Made by a program: the position numbers and the translations under genes. Source: Eledone cirrhosa (lineage: Eukaryota). Taken from it: a stretch of 64,000 bases of DNA. Shown here one piece after another: positions 1 to 11,698 of this stretch. The notes beneath the pieces were generated by a model. That model was given only the letters and a program-made list of their open reading frames with translations. It was not told the DNA's origin and did not search any database. The stretch's first letter is position 1. Each line of letters starts with the position of its first letter. Location: positions 343,170,001 through 343,234,000 of the forward strand of contig OZ024742.1 in the NCBI GenBank assembly GCA_964016885.1, written 5' to 3'.

Positions 1-24
1 AGCGACATATCAAACATATCGGGT

Positions 25-98
25 ATCATCTGAGGATACCGTTCTCATAACAACAGCATCTCGATTGCATGGAGAACCGTGGAAATAATTATAATGAT
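25..98 (+). ncRNA. Minimal type I hammerhead ribozyme motif
   Basis: atcat-CTGAGGA-stem II (tac.gttctc/gagaac.gtg)-GAAA-taatta-TA^atgat. Stem III is palindromic; a (TA)n tract follows. Confidence 0.75.
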
Positions 99-120
99 TA
101 AACGATATATGTAACTTGTC

Positions 121-196
<76 letters not shown>

Positions 197-259
197 TCAT
201 CATCATTTATATATATATATATAAAATTATTTATACATATGTATGTATGTATATTATTT

Positions 260-702
260 CAGACGCCATGCTTTGCAGCATAGAGTTACGGCCCTTTATG
301 ATCTGAGTTCAAGTTCCACCGAAGTTAACTTTGCCTTTCATCCTTACGGGGTCGATAAAATAAAGTACCTGTCACGCACTGGGGTCGATTTAATCGACTT
401 TCCCTCCCCTCAAATTGCAGGCCTTGTGCCTATATAAGAAACACTTATTATTATTATTAGCACAATTAAAAGTTTAAGCAAATAATTTCTGCTTTCACCT
501 ATTCTAATTTTATCGAGTCCTCATTGGACTTTCGTCTTTGTATTCAATATTATATATATAATTGTTTCTACTTTAGGCACAAGGCCAGCAATTACCCAGT
601 GGTACTGGTACTTTATTTTATCGACCCCGTAAGGATGAAAGGCAAAGTTAACCTCGGCGGGATTTGAACTCAGATAATATATATATAATAATATATATAT
701 AT

Positions 703-753
<51 letters not shown>

Positions 754-1032
754 TACCATTAAAATTTAAGCAAATAATCGTTGTTTTCACCCTTAACGGG
801 ATCTTGTATTTTGATATGTATATATAATCCTTATCGAGCCCTCTTCGGATTTTAGTCTTCACATTTATTATCTCGGACGCCATGCTTTGCAGCAAAGAGT
901 TACGGCCCTTTATGGTCTGAGTTCAAATCCCGCCAAGGTTAACTTTGCCTTTCATCCTTACGGGGTCGATAAAATAAAGTACCAGTAATGTACTGGGTAA
1001 TTGCTGGCCTTGTGCCAAAAGTAGAAACAATT
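260..1032. mobile_element. Cluster of tRNA-derived SINE fragments (260-450 +, 560-675 -, 874-1032 +) with tail fragments of a hammerhead-element family
   Basis: B-box GAGTTCAAATCC plus core ttgcctttcatccttacggggtcgataaaataaagtaccag. The intervening pieces match the 17920-18125 and 33678 family. Confidence 0.8.
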
Positions 1033-1037
1033 ATTAT

Positions 1038-1091
<54 letters not shown>

Positions 1092-1206
1092 AGCGTTAAC
1101 CTAATATATTTCTTCCATATACTGTACCGATTGTGTTGTTATTTCTGTTTACCTTTTAGATATATATATATATATACTACTTTCTGCTCGAAACTATTCA
1201 TCTTAC

Positions 1207-2458
1207 CTTTGAGAGGTGCTATCCCTGCATCACTCCTTGTATATCGCATAGGAGCGACTAAAACCCACTGATTAGTTGATCTGTGGTAACACTCCACAGC
1301 TCGATGTCGTTGTAGTCCATCATGACCACCGCAAGCATAGATTCGGCCGTTTAACGCGGTGCTTGCAACGTAACATCGGCTAAAATGCATCGGAGATAAT
1401 TCTTGCCACTGACGTGTAGCAATGTCAAATCTGTGTACACCATTGTAATACTTATTATAATCATTGTATCCTCCAAGAATGTAAATCTGTTCATGCAAAA
1501 CGACTGTACCATGATACGCTCGAAGACAATGAGCTGGATTTATAAGTATAAACCATTGATTCGTACGAGCATCGTATGTCTCCATGTTCGACATAATTCC
1601 ATCCAGACCATAGCCGCCTGTTATAAAAATCACTTCAGTAGGAATCCGTGGCCGGAAAATTGTAGGCATTTCATGCAAAAATAACGACATATCTTTATAA
1701 AGCTGGCTAAGATAAATATTCGTTTTATGTTCCGCAAGAGAATTTTTCTTTATTTTATCTAAAATATTTGGGTGCAGGAGACCTACGCGTAAATTTTGAA
1801 AAAGTCGTTTTGAAAAAGTGGTACGTATCTTCGGTTCGAACATGATCCATCTTTGACATGCTAAGAACGCGGATTCTTCTTCTTTGATGTTTAAACAGTC
1901 ATCTCTGACAATTTCTTCCAATTCGTTATAAGTCAAACTTAAAAACTCATTGCTAAGTTTTGAAACTAACGCAAAATGTTCTAAGATATAATTCCAACTT
2001 TTTTGCACAAGAATATTGCAAGCATAGAATTTAGAAAATTGATATATCCCAATACAATTGTATACATTTAGTCGAGAAACTAAAAATTCTTCGCACACTC
2101 TTTGAACACTACTTATAGCTAATCGATTGGCAACACAAAGTAGGACCTGTACATTTTCTTCCGTAATTTCTATTTCATTCGTGTAAGCATATTTCACAAT
2201 ATTAGCCATGATATCTTTCGGAATGCCTGGTATAACTACTTTCCCACTGATCGATTCCTTCATACCACACGTAAAAATAGCTCTGAAATATGGGCTGCAA
2301 GCGGCCAAGATGACTTTATGAATTTGAAACCGCGTCTGTTCTTCAACTAGAATAATTTCTCCGTCACAGAGGTTTTTCGAAGCCATCAACTGAAATATTT
2401 CACCTCGGAATTTGTCTTGATCTTTATCAGATTTTAAACATTTTATTGAGCTTGCCAT
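1207..2458 (-). CDS. KLHL10: Kelch-like protein (BTB-BACK-Kelch), KLHL10-like; first coding exon, gene continues left of the window
   Basis: ORF shows BTB (LCD..HKVILAACSPYFRAIFT), BACK (NCIGIYQFSKFYAC, F.SL...EL..IV.DD.LN..EE..F) and Kelch repeats (GG..., R.YHG, GRIYACGGHDG..R.R.VECY....NQW..VAPM...RSDAG). RPRIP.EVIF..GG and the Kelch motifs resemble KLHL10. A splice donor AAG|GTAAGA ends the exon at 1207 (phase 1); the ORF tail beyond it is intronic. The orthologue call is from recognition, not a search. Confidence 0.85.
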
Positions 2459-2555
2459 GTTGAATGCAATTGTTATGAGTTAAACAAACTTTCTCTTCAA
2501 TAGTCGATTATCATATGGCTTGTAAATAAAAAACAACAACTAAAGTCCCGTTAGT

Positions 2556-2565
2556 ATGACGTCAT
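2556..2565. promoter_or_regulatory. Full CRE palindrome ATGACGTCAT (CREB/CREM/ATF site)
   Basis: Perfect TGACGTCA about 100 bp upstream of the kelch ATG at 2458, in unique non-repeat sequence. Confidence 0.55.
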
Positions 2566-3244
2566 TTCAAGACTGTTTTCGCTTGATGCCGTCTACGAGC
2601 TATGTCTTATACTATTGAATAAGACGTTTTCCTAAATTTATTATTGTTTAAGGCAGGCATATTTCTAAACGCTTTCAAATACTAAATCATTTTATAAAGA
2701 CAATTTATGTCTCTTCGTCAACTTTCTTTTGGAATTTCCAACAGTAAACTCATATATTTTAATAAATATATATAAGCAAATAAATAATACTAAGACTATA
2801 TATAACAAAAATTATTATCTAATACATCTTCGTTGCAAAAGTAACGTTTTATGAATCAGAGTTTCCTTTAACACGTTCCTATATTTCAATAAAGAATTAT
2901 TAAAAGTAATAATTGACATTTTTTACTCACTTTCTTACCAGTAAACCGGACTTGTCGTTCAGTTTAACACAACAACCATGTCCTTGGGTGCTTTTAACGG
3001 AGTACAGTCATTTGCAAGCATATGGGCCAGGGCTCCGTTTCATGGCTAAATTTCTCCCACCAATCACGGAAGTCCTGAGAAGTGTAATGAACGCCATACT
3101 TTATGATATGATTAAATAATAAAAACAAAATAATTTAGTAAAAGTAGTCTATATTTACGAAGTGATAATTACTTTGCTTAGAGTTGTTGTTGTTGTTTAG
3201 TCGCTGGCCTATATGATTAAAAGTATTTCAATGATAGTCTCGTG

Positions 3245-3990
3245 TCAGACTAGCGCACCAGCTCGACCAGCACTGCCTTGCATGTTTTCGCGCGGCCTCA
3301 CAACCCCACAGCGGTGCCTGGCTCCATGCCCCACCCTCCTTCTCTACTGGCACGCAGCTGGACAATGATAGTCTGCGCTTTGGGGTTTCCCTGAGACTGT
3401 GGTTCCGGATCTGCGAGCCACACAAATATCGCTGCGGATCCACCGTGGACTCTTTTGGCCTCCACCCGCTTTCCTGTCGCTACAGTGCCGGCCGCCTTCC
3501 ACTCTATGCTGCCATCAGTGAGGTCATAAAGCATGGCTTGGATGCTGCAGGCTTCCCCTCCCAGCTCAAGCCGGTGGGGCTGGACCGAGGGGACGGCAAA
3601 AGGCCAGCCGGTATGACCATCTTCTCGTTCCGCGGTGGTACACCCCCCGTCTAGGATGCCACATGCAGCGACACATTCTCCAGCGACAACCTGGTGCAGT
3701 CTGCTACTAACCCAGGTTCTGCTGCACTTCGGGCTGAGGAGGGTAAACTCTCCAAGTACCGGTCGCTCCCCGATAGGTTCGTGGTCGTGCCCTTGGCAGT
3801 GGAGACTTCTGGTGTCCTTGGTCCTAGGGCTACCTCCCTACTTACCACCTTAGGCGCTGAGCTGGCTAGCCGCTGGTGTGAGCCTCGCGAGATGGAATGG
3901 CTCTTCCAGCCCATATCCCTTACCATCCTCCGAGGAAACGTCTTCTCCATTCTATCTTCCGGGGCCGTGGGAAAGCCAGCACGTGGTACC
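3245..3990 (+). mobile_element. Degenerate 3' end of a CRE-clade-like non-LTR retrotransposon (zinc knuckle plus restriction-like endonuclease)
   Basis: Translation ..SGAWLHA..LDNDSLR.GV.LRL..ICEPH..RCG..VD.FGLH.LSC..DRGDGKRP.G.T..(W>stop)DATC.DT..AE..K..KY..VPLAVET.G..G..EPRE..LFQ.ISL.I.RGN..SIL. The segment is markedly GC-rich relative to its flanks. Confidence 0.75.
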
Positions 3991-4089
3991 CCATTTGCTC
4001 AAAATAGAGAGAGATGGAGGCGATGACAGTGGGAGTTCGGCTCTTCTGTGTTCGGACCTGAGGCCGGCCATTATTGTGTATATAAAAGG

Positions 4090-4472
4090 GGCGGTGGAAT
4101 GTCGGTAAAGGGTCAGATGTCACACTTTGACGCATAGAGTTACGGCCCTTGCCATTCTGAGTTCAAATCCCGCCGTGGTTAATTTTGCCTTTCATCTTAC
4201 GGGGTCGATAAAATAAAGTACCAGTAATTCACTGAGTAATTGCTGGCCTTGTGCTAAAAGTAGAAACAATTATTGTGTATATAAAAGGCGGTGGATTGGC
4301 AGTATCGGTAGAGGGTTGGACGCCATGCTTTCCAGTATAGTTACGTCCCTTTACGGTCTGAGTTCAAATCCGTCGAGGTTAACTTTGCCTTTCATCCTTA
4401 CGGGGTCGATAAAATAAAGTACCAGTCACGTACTGGGTAATTGCTGGCCTTGTGCCAAAAGTAGAAACAATT
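4090..4472 (+). mobile_element. Two tandem copies of the tRNA-derived SINE
   Basis: ggcggtggattggcagtatcggtagag A-box head, B-box, core and gtagaaacaattatt end, present twice. Confidence 0.85.
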
Positions 4473-4844
4473 ATTGTGTATATCAATCTGATGTCAATGT
4501 GGATTTGATTGTTTATATCTGAATGCGTTAAGTATATGTATTCCATGGATTCATTGTAACTCCAAAATTAAGAATACAAATCTTCTCGGAATACCTTTAA
4601 GAAATCTTAATTTTTTCCTTTTAAATGGACGACTTGATTTCGAATTTCGTTAAAACTTATCATCAAATGCACAAGTTGACATTAAACCTTGTAGAGCCTC
4701 CCTCGTTTGTTTGACCTGCTCATAGTTTCTGTGAGTTGCATAAATGCCACGGCTAGTCTACAGTAGATATTTACAAACTTTACTCGCCTCAGTGCTGGTC
4801 GTTTCCCACTAGAGTACTATCAATGCAATAGTACTTCTAATTGT

Positions 4845-5010
4845 GAAAGCGCGTAGCTTGGTGGTTAAGGTGTTAGGTTTATGATCGTGAGTTCTATTTC
4901 CGGACCGGCATCGCTTTATGTCCTTGAGCAAGACACATTATTTTATGTTGCTCTTGTCCAGTCAGCTGGTAAAAATTAATTATACCCATAATTCAAAGGG
5001 CCAGCCTTAG
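4845..5010 (+). mobile_element. Second tRNA-derived SINE family (related copies about 41470-41815, 42720-42830, 48790-49178)
   Basis: tRNA-like head followed by gtccttgagcaagacac...gtccagtcagctggtaaaa core. Confidence 0.7.
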
Positions 5011-5480
5011 CACTCGTTGTGACATCATACTGTATATACCCAAGGTATATAGAGCTGTGCTCCTCGGTAATGCAGTGACAATACGCAATAAAAATAACAC
5101 TAAATGACAATAAAGCAGTTTTTATAAATGACAAGCTTGCTATTTAATGATTCTAATTCTAACGATAATATCTCGAGAGATTATTGGAATACCATGGCTG
5201 ACATCAGGAGTCTTCGATTTTATTTATTTATTTATTACTATTTACTCGGAGTAGGTATGGTAGAGACCATGACCCCTTTTTAGATCCTCTGAGACTGGTG
5301 AGGGGGGGGGGGAGAAGGCGTTCTCTGGCGGGAGACCTGACCCGAGAGAGAGTCCATGAGTCACGAGCACTTAACTCCTAATGGAATCGTAGGGGTGCCG
5401 TCATGACATGCAACTTATCTTGGGTATTTAAACCTGGTGGAGACCGTCCATCTCCAGGTCTAAACACAGCCGATTACTTC

Positions 5481-5636
<156 letters not shown>

Positions 5637-5713
5637 ATAATATTAATAAATGGAAACTATCTTTATAAAACCATATTTATTCTATTATATATATTTCAAG
5701 GGTACCAAAATTG

Positions 5714-5762
<49 letters not shown>

Positions 5763-5810
5763 AGAGCGGGAAAGGGCGAGAGAGAGAGGGGGGAGAGAAA
5801 CAACGGACAG

Positions 5811-5892
<82 letters not shown>

Positions 5893-6392
5893 TGAGAGGG
5901 GGAAGAAAGAAATATAGAGAAAAAATCGACCCTACTACTGGACTGGTACGTTTTTATCGAACTTGAAAGGATGTGAAAAACAAAGCTGACATCGGCAGGG
6001 ATTGAACCCAGAGTGCAGAGAGCCAGAAGGAATACTGCAAAACATTCTATCCCACGTTGAAACGATTCTGTCAATTTTCCTCCTCAATAGTAACCATACC
6101 ATCGCTTGTTTGTGGAAGAGGCCAGCCAATAAGTCAAAACACTGTTGTCTCCCTTGTGTGCAAGCTTGGTCACAGTGTTATTTTTAGGGGAGACAACTCT
6201 AGATAAATATAAAAAATCGTCCTTAAAAAAAAGAAGGAAAGAGGAGAAGCCATTCGTCAGATCAAACTAAAAAACTGTGTTTCTATTGCTGATAGCATCT
6301 GCTAGTGGCAAATTAGAACAGAAAAGGGCGGGATTTGAACTAAGAACGCTTAAAACCGGATCAGATACCGATAATCCACCCGTCTTTGACTA

Positions 6393-6650
6393 ATTCTTCT
6401 TCTTCTTCTTCTTCTTCTTCTTCTTCTTCTTCTTCTTCTTCTTCTTCTTCTTCTTCTTCTTCTTCTTCTTTGCCCACTTATTCCTGAGAGGGTTGTGGAG
6501 GCAGAGTCCTCAAACACTCCTTCCAGTGGGTCCGAGACCCAGAGGTAGACCCTAATCAAGATGGTTGGATAACACCCATGAGCTTGGCTGGTCTCGCTTG
6601 GGGATCCAGCCGGATCAATTGGAGATGGCTGCTTCTGACAGGACCCGCTT
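6393..6650 (-). mobile_element. RTE-type 3' fragment with (GAA)n tail and internal inversion (related pieces 27780-27990 +, 42250-42545 -, 62340-62560 -)
   Basis: Contains RPRGRP.SRWLDN..LAGL.WG-type C-terminal sequence. The tail part is on the minus strand and the upstream part is flipped. Confidence 0.65.
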
Positions 6651-7286
6651 TATCTACCGACCTTGAAAAATATAAAACAAAAACAAAAACAATTATATTA
6701 ATTAATATCAATGTTTCTGTGATGCAAACAGTGATCATATATTGGAGAAAATGTTTCGATTTGCAGAAGGAATATATCGAACTTTGGACAAGGTGGATCA
6801 AATTATAAAGATTTACCAATCATAAAGGTATCATCGAAATTAGAGCTCGAAATAAGAAAATGAAATCTTTTCACATTCATCGGATTAATTTCACATACTC
6901 CGCTCATATATACAATACACACACGAACACGAGCTGACGAAGGGACTCTAGCCCTAACGAACCCTAAGGTTAACCCTACCGGCATTTCTAGATTTACAGT
7001 GAAAGAAGTCTCTCATTGGCCATAATTTGGCAATCTTTCGTTTTAAGTCTCTTTCAAGTATCACAAAAATTCAGCAGTCTCCGTATTTAATATAAGCTTT
7101 AGATGTGTTCTGATACCTGTTTATATATCTTGTCGGCCGGGACCCAGGGGCTCGTTAGTTGGTGGTGGAGGATACTCGTTCGGACGTCACTTCTACAACT
7201 GAAGTATATTTACTTTTATACAACTGTGAATTGATTTATTGCCAGGAAAATAATGTACTATTCTATCGCTATCTACCTACTTACGT

Positions 7287-7418
7287 GTCTATCTATTTGT
7301 TAGTCCGTCTGTCTATCTATAACTACCAATGTCTATCTATTTGTTAGTCCGTCTGTCTATCTATAACTACCAATGTCTATCTATTTGTTAGTCCGTCTGT
7401 CTATCTATAACTACCAAT
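7287..7418. repeat. 44-bp tandem repeat x3
   Basis: gtctatctatttgttagtccgtctgtctatctataactaccaat at 7287, 7331 and 7375. Confidence 0.9.
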
Positions 7419-8424
7419 CGGTATTACAGTACTCTCAACCACTTTAAAGAAAATCCACTACTAATAATACCACCACCGCCACCACTGTCTTTCCCATTAC
7501 TACCACACCACCACCACTTCAACAACCACAACTAACACCATACCTGTCCCGGATCAAAGTGGCAGAGTCGTTAAAACATGGGATAGAATGTTTTGCAATA
7601 TTTGTTTCGGCTCTCTAAGCTCTGTGTTCAAGCCTCGTCTCGGTCAACTTTGCCTGTTATCCTGTCGGGGTTGATAGATAAACTACGAATGCAATGCATG
7701 TATGGTCCCGTAACTCCTAACGGAGTCGTAGAGGCGCCATATTGACATACGGAGTCTCTAGTGAATTTTAAAACCTGGCGGAGCCCCGTCTTCCTCCAGG
7801 TATGAATACAGAAGATTTCCTCCAGAGAGAGATACACAGTGAAAGAGGGGAAGTGAGAAAGAGATATATGGGAAGAATCAACCCCAGTACTAGACTGGTA
7901 CCTTTTTATCGACCTCAAAAGGATGAAAGGCAAAATTGATCTCGGTGGGATTTGAACTCAGCGAGCATAGAGTCAGAACGAATACCACAAAGCATTCTAT
8001 CCTACGTTCTAACTACTCTGCCAATTAACCACCTATGTGAATACAATACTGGGGTTAATTCTTCCTTCATATCTTTTTCTCACATCTCTTTTGCTCTTTT
8101 TTTTTATTTCTCTGAAAGAAATCGGCATCGGTTGTGTTCGGATCTGGCGAGAGATGGGCTCCCCCAGACACAAATGTTATAACGACAAATGTTCTATAAC
8201 GACAGCTCCTCTACTCCATCATAAGGAGTTAAGGAACCATGAACAGAGCAACTGTTACCGATCGAAGTGGTTCCACTTTATTACCCATCATAATTCAACA
8301 TATGTTACCAGGCAGACACATTATAATTATCATTTTCTGACGTAGGCATTACTATGGAATTTAATTTTACATTCAATAATTAGTATCAGTTACAATTAAT
8401 GTTTTTTCATATTATTAGTATTAT

Positions 8425-8572
<148 letters not shown>

Positions 8573-8680
8573 ATATATATAGTGAAAGAGTGAAGAATAA
8601 CATGGTCGGCTGTACTAACTATCCATAGTACAGAGTACTCACAACCTCTGACTGGATTACCTAAAACGATAACTTGTTAT

Positions 8681-8710
<30 letters not shown>

Positions 8711-8715
<5 letters not shown>

Positions 8716-9667
8716 GACGTAAAATAAGAAAATTATAAAAATTAACTTACTTACTAAAATTTCACTCCAACTAATTAGTTTCTGAAAGGGAATAAACATG
8801 GTTTCCGAATGGAACATATGGAGAATGCCTTTCGTCATCAGGAAGTCAATTCTCAGCTAAGTTCCCAGGCGATGCATGGACACAGGGAACTTATACAAAA
8901 ATAATTCAGTGGATGGAAAAAAGCAAGCGAAGACTAAATTCCAAGACATTGAAAAAATCACTGCCTACTTGGTCGGTGGCAAATTCAAAAGAATCAATCA
9001 CGTGACATCGAGGTTAATCAGTGAGGAGTGGGGTGTTAAGAAGACAGTAGCCGAACTATTACTATGAACTATAGTAGCAGTTTTGGCAAATTTTTGCTCA
9101 ACAAAATAATTTGGAGATAATTATAAAGAATTAGTATATCTACTAACATATATATACAGATGCATCCCCATGCATTGAACCACAAAGTTACTAAGACAAA
9201 ACCTATATATTTGCTAGCATAGGTATGCATCTGTATATTTATGTTGGTAGATATACTAATTCTTTATAATTATCTCCAAATTGTTTTGTTAAGCAAAAAT
9301 TTACCAAAACTGCTACTATAGTTCATAGTAATAGTTCGGCTACTGTCTTCTTAACACCCCACTCCTCACTGATTAACCTCGATGTCACGTGATTGATTCT
9401 TTTGAATTTGCCACCGACCAAGTAGGCAGTGATTTTTTCAATGTCTTGGAATTTAGTCCTCGCTTGTTTTTTTCCATCCACTGAATTATTTTTGTATAAG
9501 TTCCCTGTGTCCACGCATCGCCTGGGAACTTAGCTGGGAATTGACTCCCTGATGACGAAAGGCATTCTCCATATGTTCCATTCGGAAACCATGTTTATTC
9601 CCTTTCAGAAAGTTGGAGTGAAATTTTAGTAAGTAAGTTAATTTTTATAATTTTCATATTTTACGTC

Positions 9668-9672
<5 letters not shown>
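8711..9672. mobile_element. About 450-bp-arm inverted repeat in (TA)n; Penelope-like fold-back element with a hammerhead motif in each arm
   Basis: Arms 8711-9165 and 9225-9672 are near-identical reverse complements with a spacer of about 60 bp. (TA)n lies on both sides. Confidence 0.85.
8764..8846 (-). ncRNA. Minimal type I hammerhead motif (intact arm)
   Basis: acttc-CTGATGA-(c)gaaagg...cctttc(a)-GAAA-ctaattag-TT^ggagt. The plus-arm copy (9544-9619) lacks 7 nt of stem III. Confidence 0.7.
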
Positions 9673-9727
<55 letters not shown>

Positions 9728-9766
9728 GATATTAACAAATGGAAACTATATTTATAAAACCATATC

Positions 9767-9831
9767 TATTTTATTATACATATTTCAAGGATGCCATGTT
9801 AAATTATGGTATGCTTTCATCAGACAAAATA
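9767..9831 (-). ncRNA. Minimal type I hammerhead motif (family A)
   Basis: tattttgt-CTGATGA-aag.ataccat..atggcat.ctt-GAAA-tatgta-TA^ataaaata. Confidence 0.75.
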
Positions 9832-10557
9832 CAATATATACCAGTTTTATAAATAAATATTGACATACCCTTTCAAAATGCAACCGTTACTTTTGGAAGA
9901 CATCAGGGATAGTGGATTTGTTTATCTTAGTAAGTCGTTGTATTAAGGAGAAGGAAAAAAACGGAGAGAGAGAAAAACCGAGAGAGAGAAAAGTGGAGAA
10001 AGAAAGGGAGAGGTAAAGAAAGAAAAAGAAAAAAAGAAAAAAGAAAAAAAGAAAAAAGAGAAAAACAAGAGAGAGATATCAAAACACCAGCCAGAGAGAA
10101 AAAATGAGAGACATATCAAAACACCAGACAGAGAGAAAAAAATCAAGAGAGAGAAGAGATAGAGAGAGGGGGAGAGAACGAAAACCTTAAGTCATGTCAT
10201 ATTAAGTTAAGTTAACAATTGAGATGAAATGAATAAATAAAATTAGAAATATTAATTAATATTCATGAATGGAATATACATATATAATATGAGAAATTAA
10301 TCATTGTTTAACTATGATTAGATATTTAGTTTAAAAATTGAGATCAATATATAAAAAATTGGAATTTAAACATTACGAAATATATATATTGCTAGAGAAA
10401 TTACCTATCATATAACACGTACACACACTCAATGGTAGGGTCTAAACCGTATAAAGAACTCAATGTAATCCGGATGTAGAAGATGTCGTGAAGCAAAGTT
10501 TAAGATACAAAAAAATTTATCAACGATATAATTCAACTGGATACAGAGTCAAAATAC

Positions 10558-11021
<464 letters not shown>

Positions 11022-11051
11022 TTCTACAGGACTATAACGGTTTCATTCTTT

Positions 11052-11102
11052 AGATTCCTGATGATTTCTAAAGAATGAAACAGTTCTAGTCCTGTAGACT
11101 CT
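11052..11102 (+). ncRNA. Type I hammerhead motif inside a short fold-back (11014-11105)
   Basis: agattc-CTGATGA-ttc taaa gaa-GAAA-cag..ctg-TA^gactct. The mirror arm retains the perfectly pairing gaatct. Confidence 0.7.
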
Positions 11103-11187
11103 CATCTATATTAAAACTTTTATACTCTGCTATGTATTGAGTACCTTACTTGCTGTGGTTACCTCCGATTCAACCCGGAATAACTTA

Positions 11188-11265
<78 letters not shown>

Positions 11266-11352
11266 AGCAAAGGGATATCTAATTTGTTGGTAATTCAACA
11301 AATATATTTATAACAGATTCGAAGCACTCGACTGTTTTCTGGAGTATAATAT

Positions 11353-11678
11353 CAATGATATTAATAAAAGGGAACTATCTTTATAAAACCATATTTATTA
11401 TATTATATATATTTCAAGGGTACCAAAACTTTGGTACGTTCTCATCAGATAAAATACAAAGTTTGTTTTATAAATAGTGACATACCCAGGAATCAGACCT
11501 TAACGGTTCAAAACAGAACTTGAACCGTTAAGGTCTGATTCCTGGGTATGTCACTATTTATAAAACAAACTTTGTATTTTATCTGATGAGAACGTACCAA
11601 AGTTTTGGTACCCTTGAAATATATATAATAGAATAAATATGGTTTTATAAATATAGTTTCCATTTATTAATATCATTG
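11353..11678. mobile_element. Fold-back element (family A) with hammerheads at 11396-11456 (-) and 11575-11635 (+)
   Basis: Near-perfect palindrome with its axis near 11515. Motif is tattttat-CTGATGA-..gtacc/ggtac..-GAAA-tatata-TA^atagaata. Further family A pieces at 5636-5710, 16950-17030 and 32591-32692. Confidence 0.8.
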
Positions 11679-11698
11679 TTATATATATATATATATAT

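Noticed and set aside
1139-1206. C-terminal extension of the kelch ORF to the stop at 1139
   Set aside because: Lies beyond a canonical splice donor and runs into (TA)n; intronic read-through.
4287-4380. tRNA-like heads as genuine tRNA genes
   Set aside because: No proper cloverleaf; always fused to the SINE core and tail.
8876-9514. Duplicated 63-aa ORFs on opposite strands
   Set aside because: A consequence of the inverted repeat; no recognisable motif, and one copy lacks ATG.
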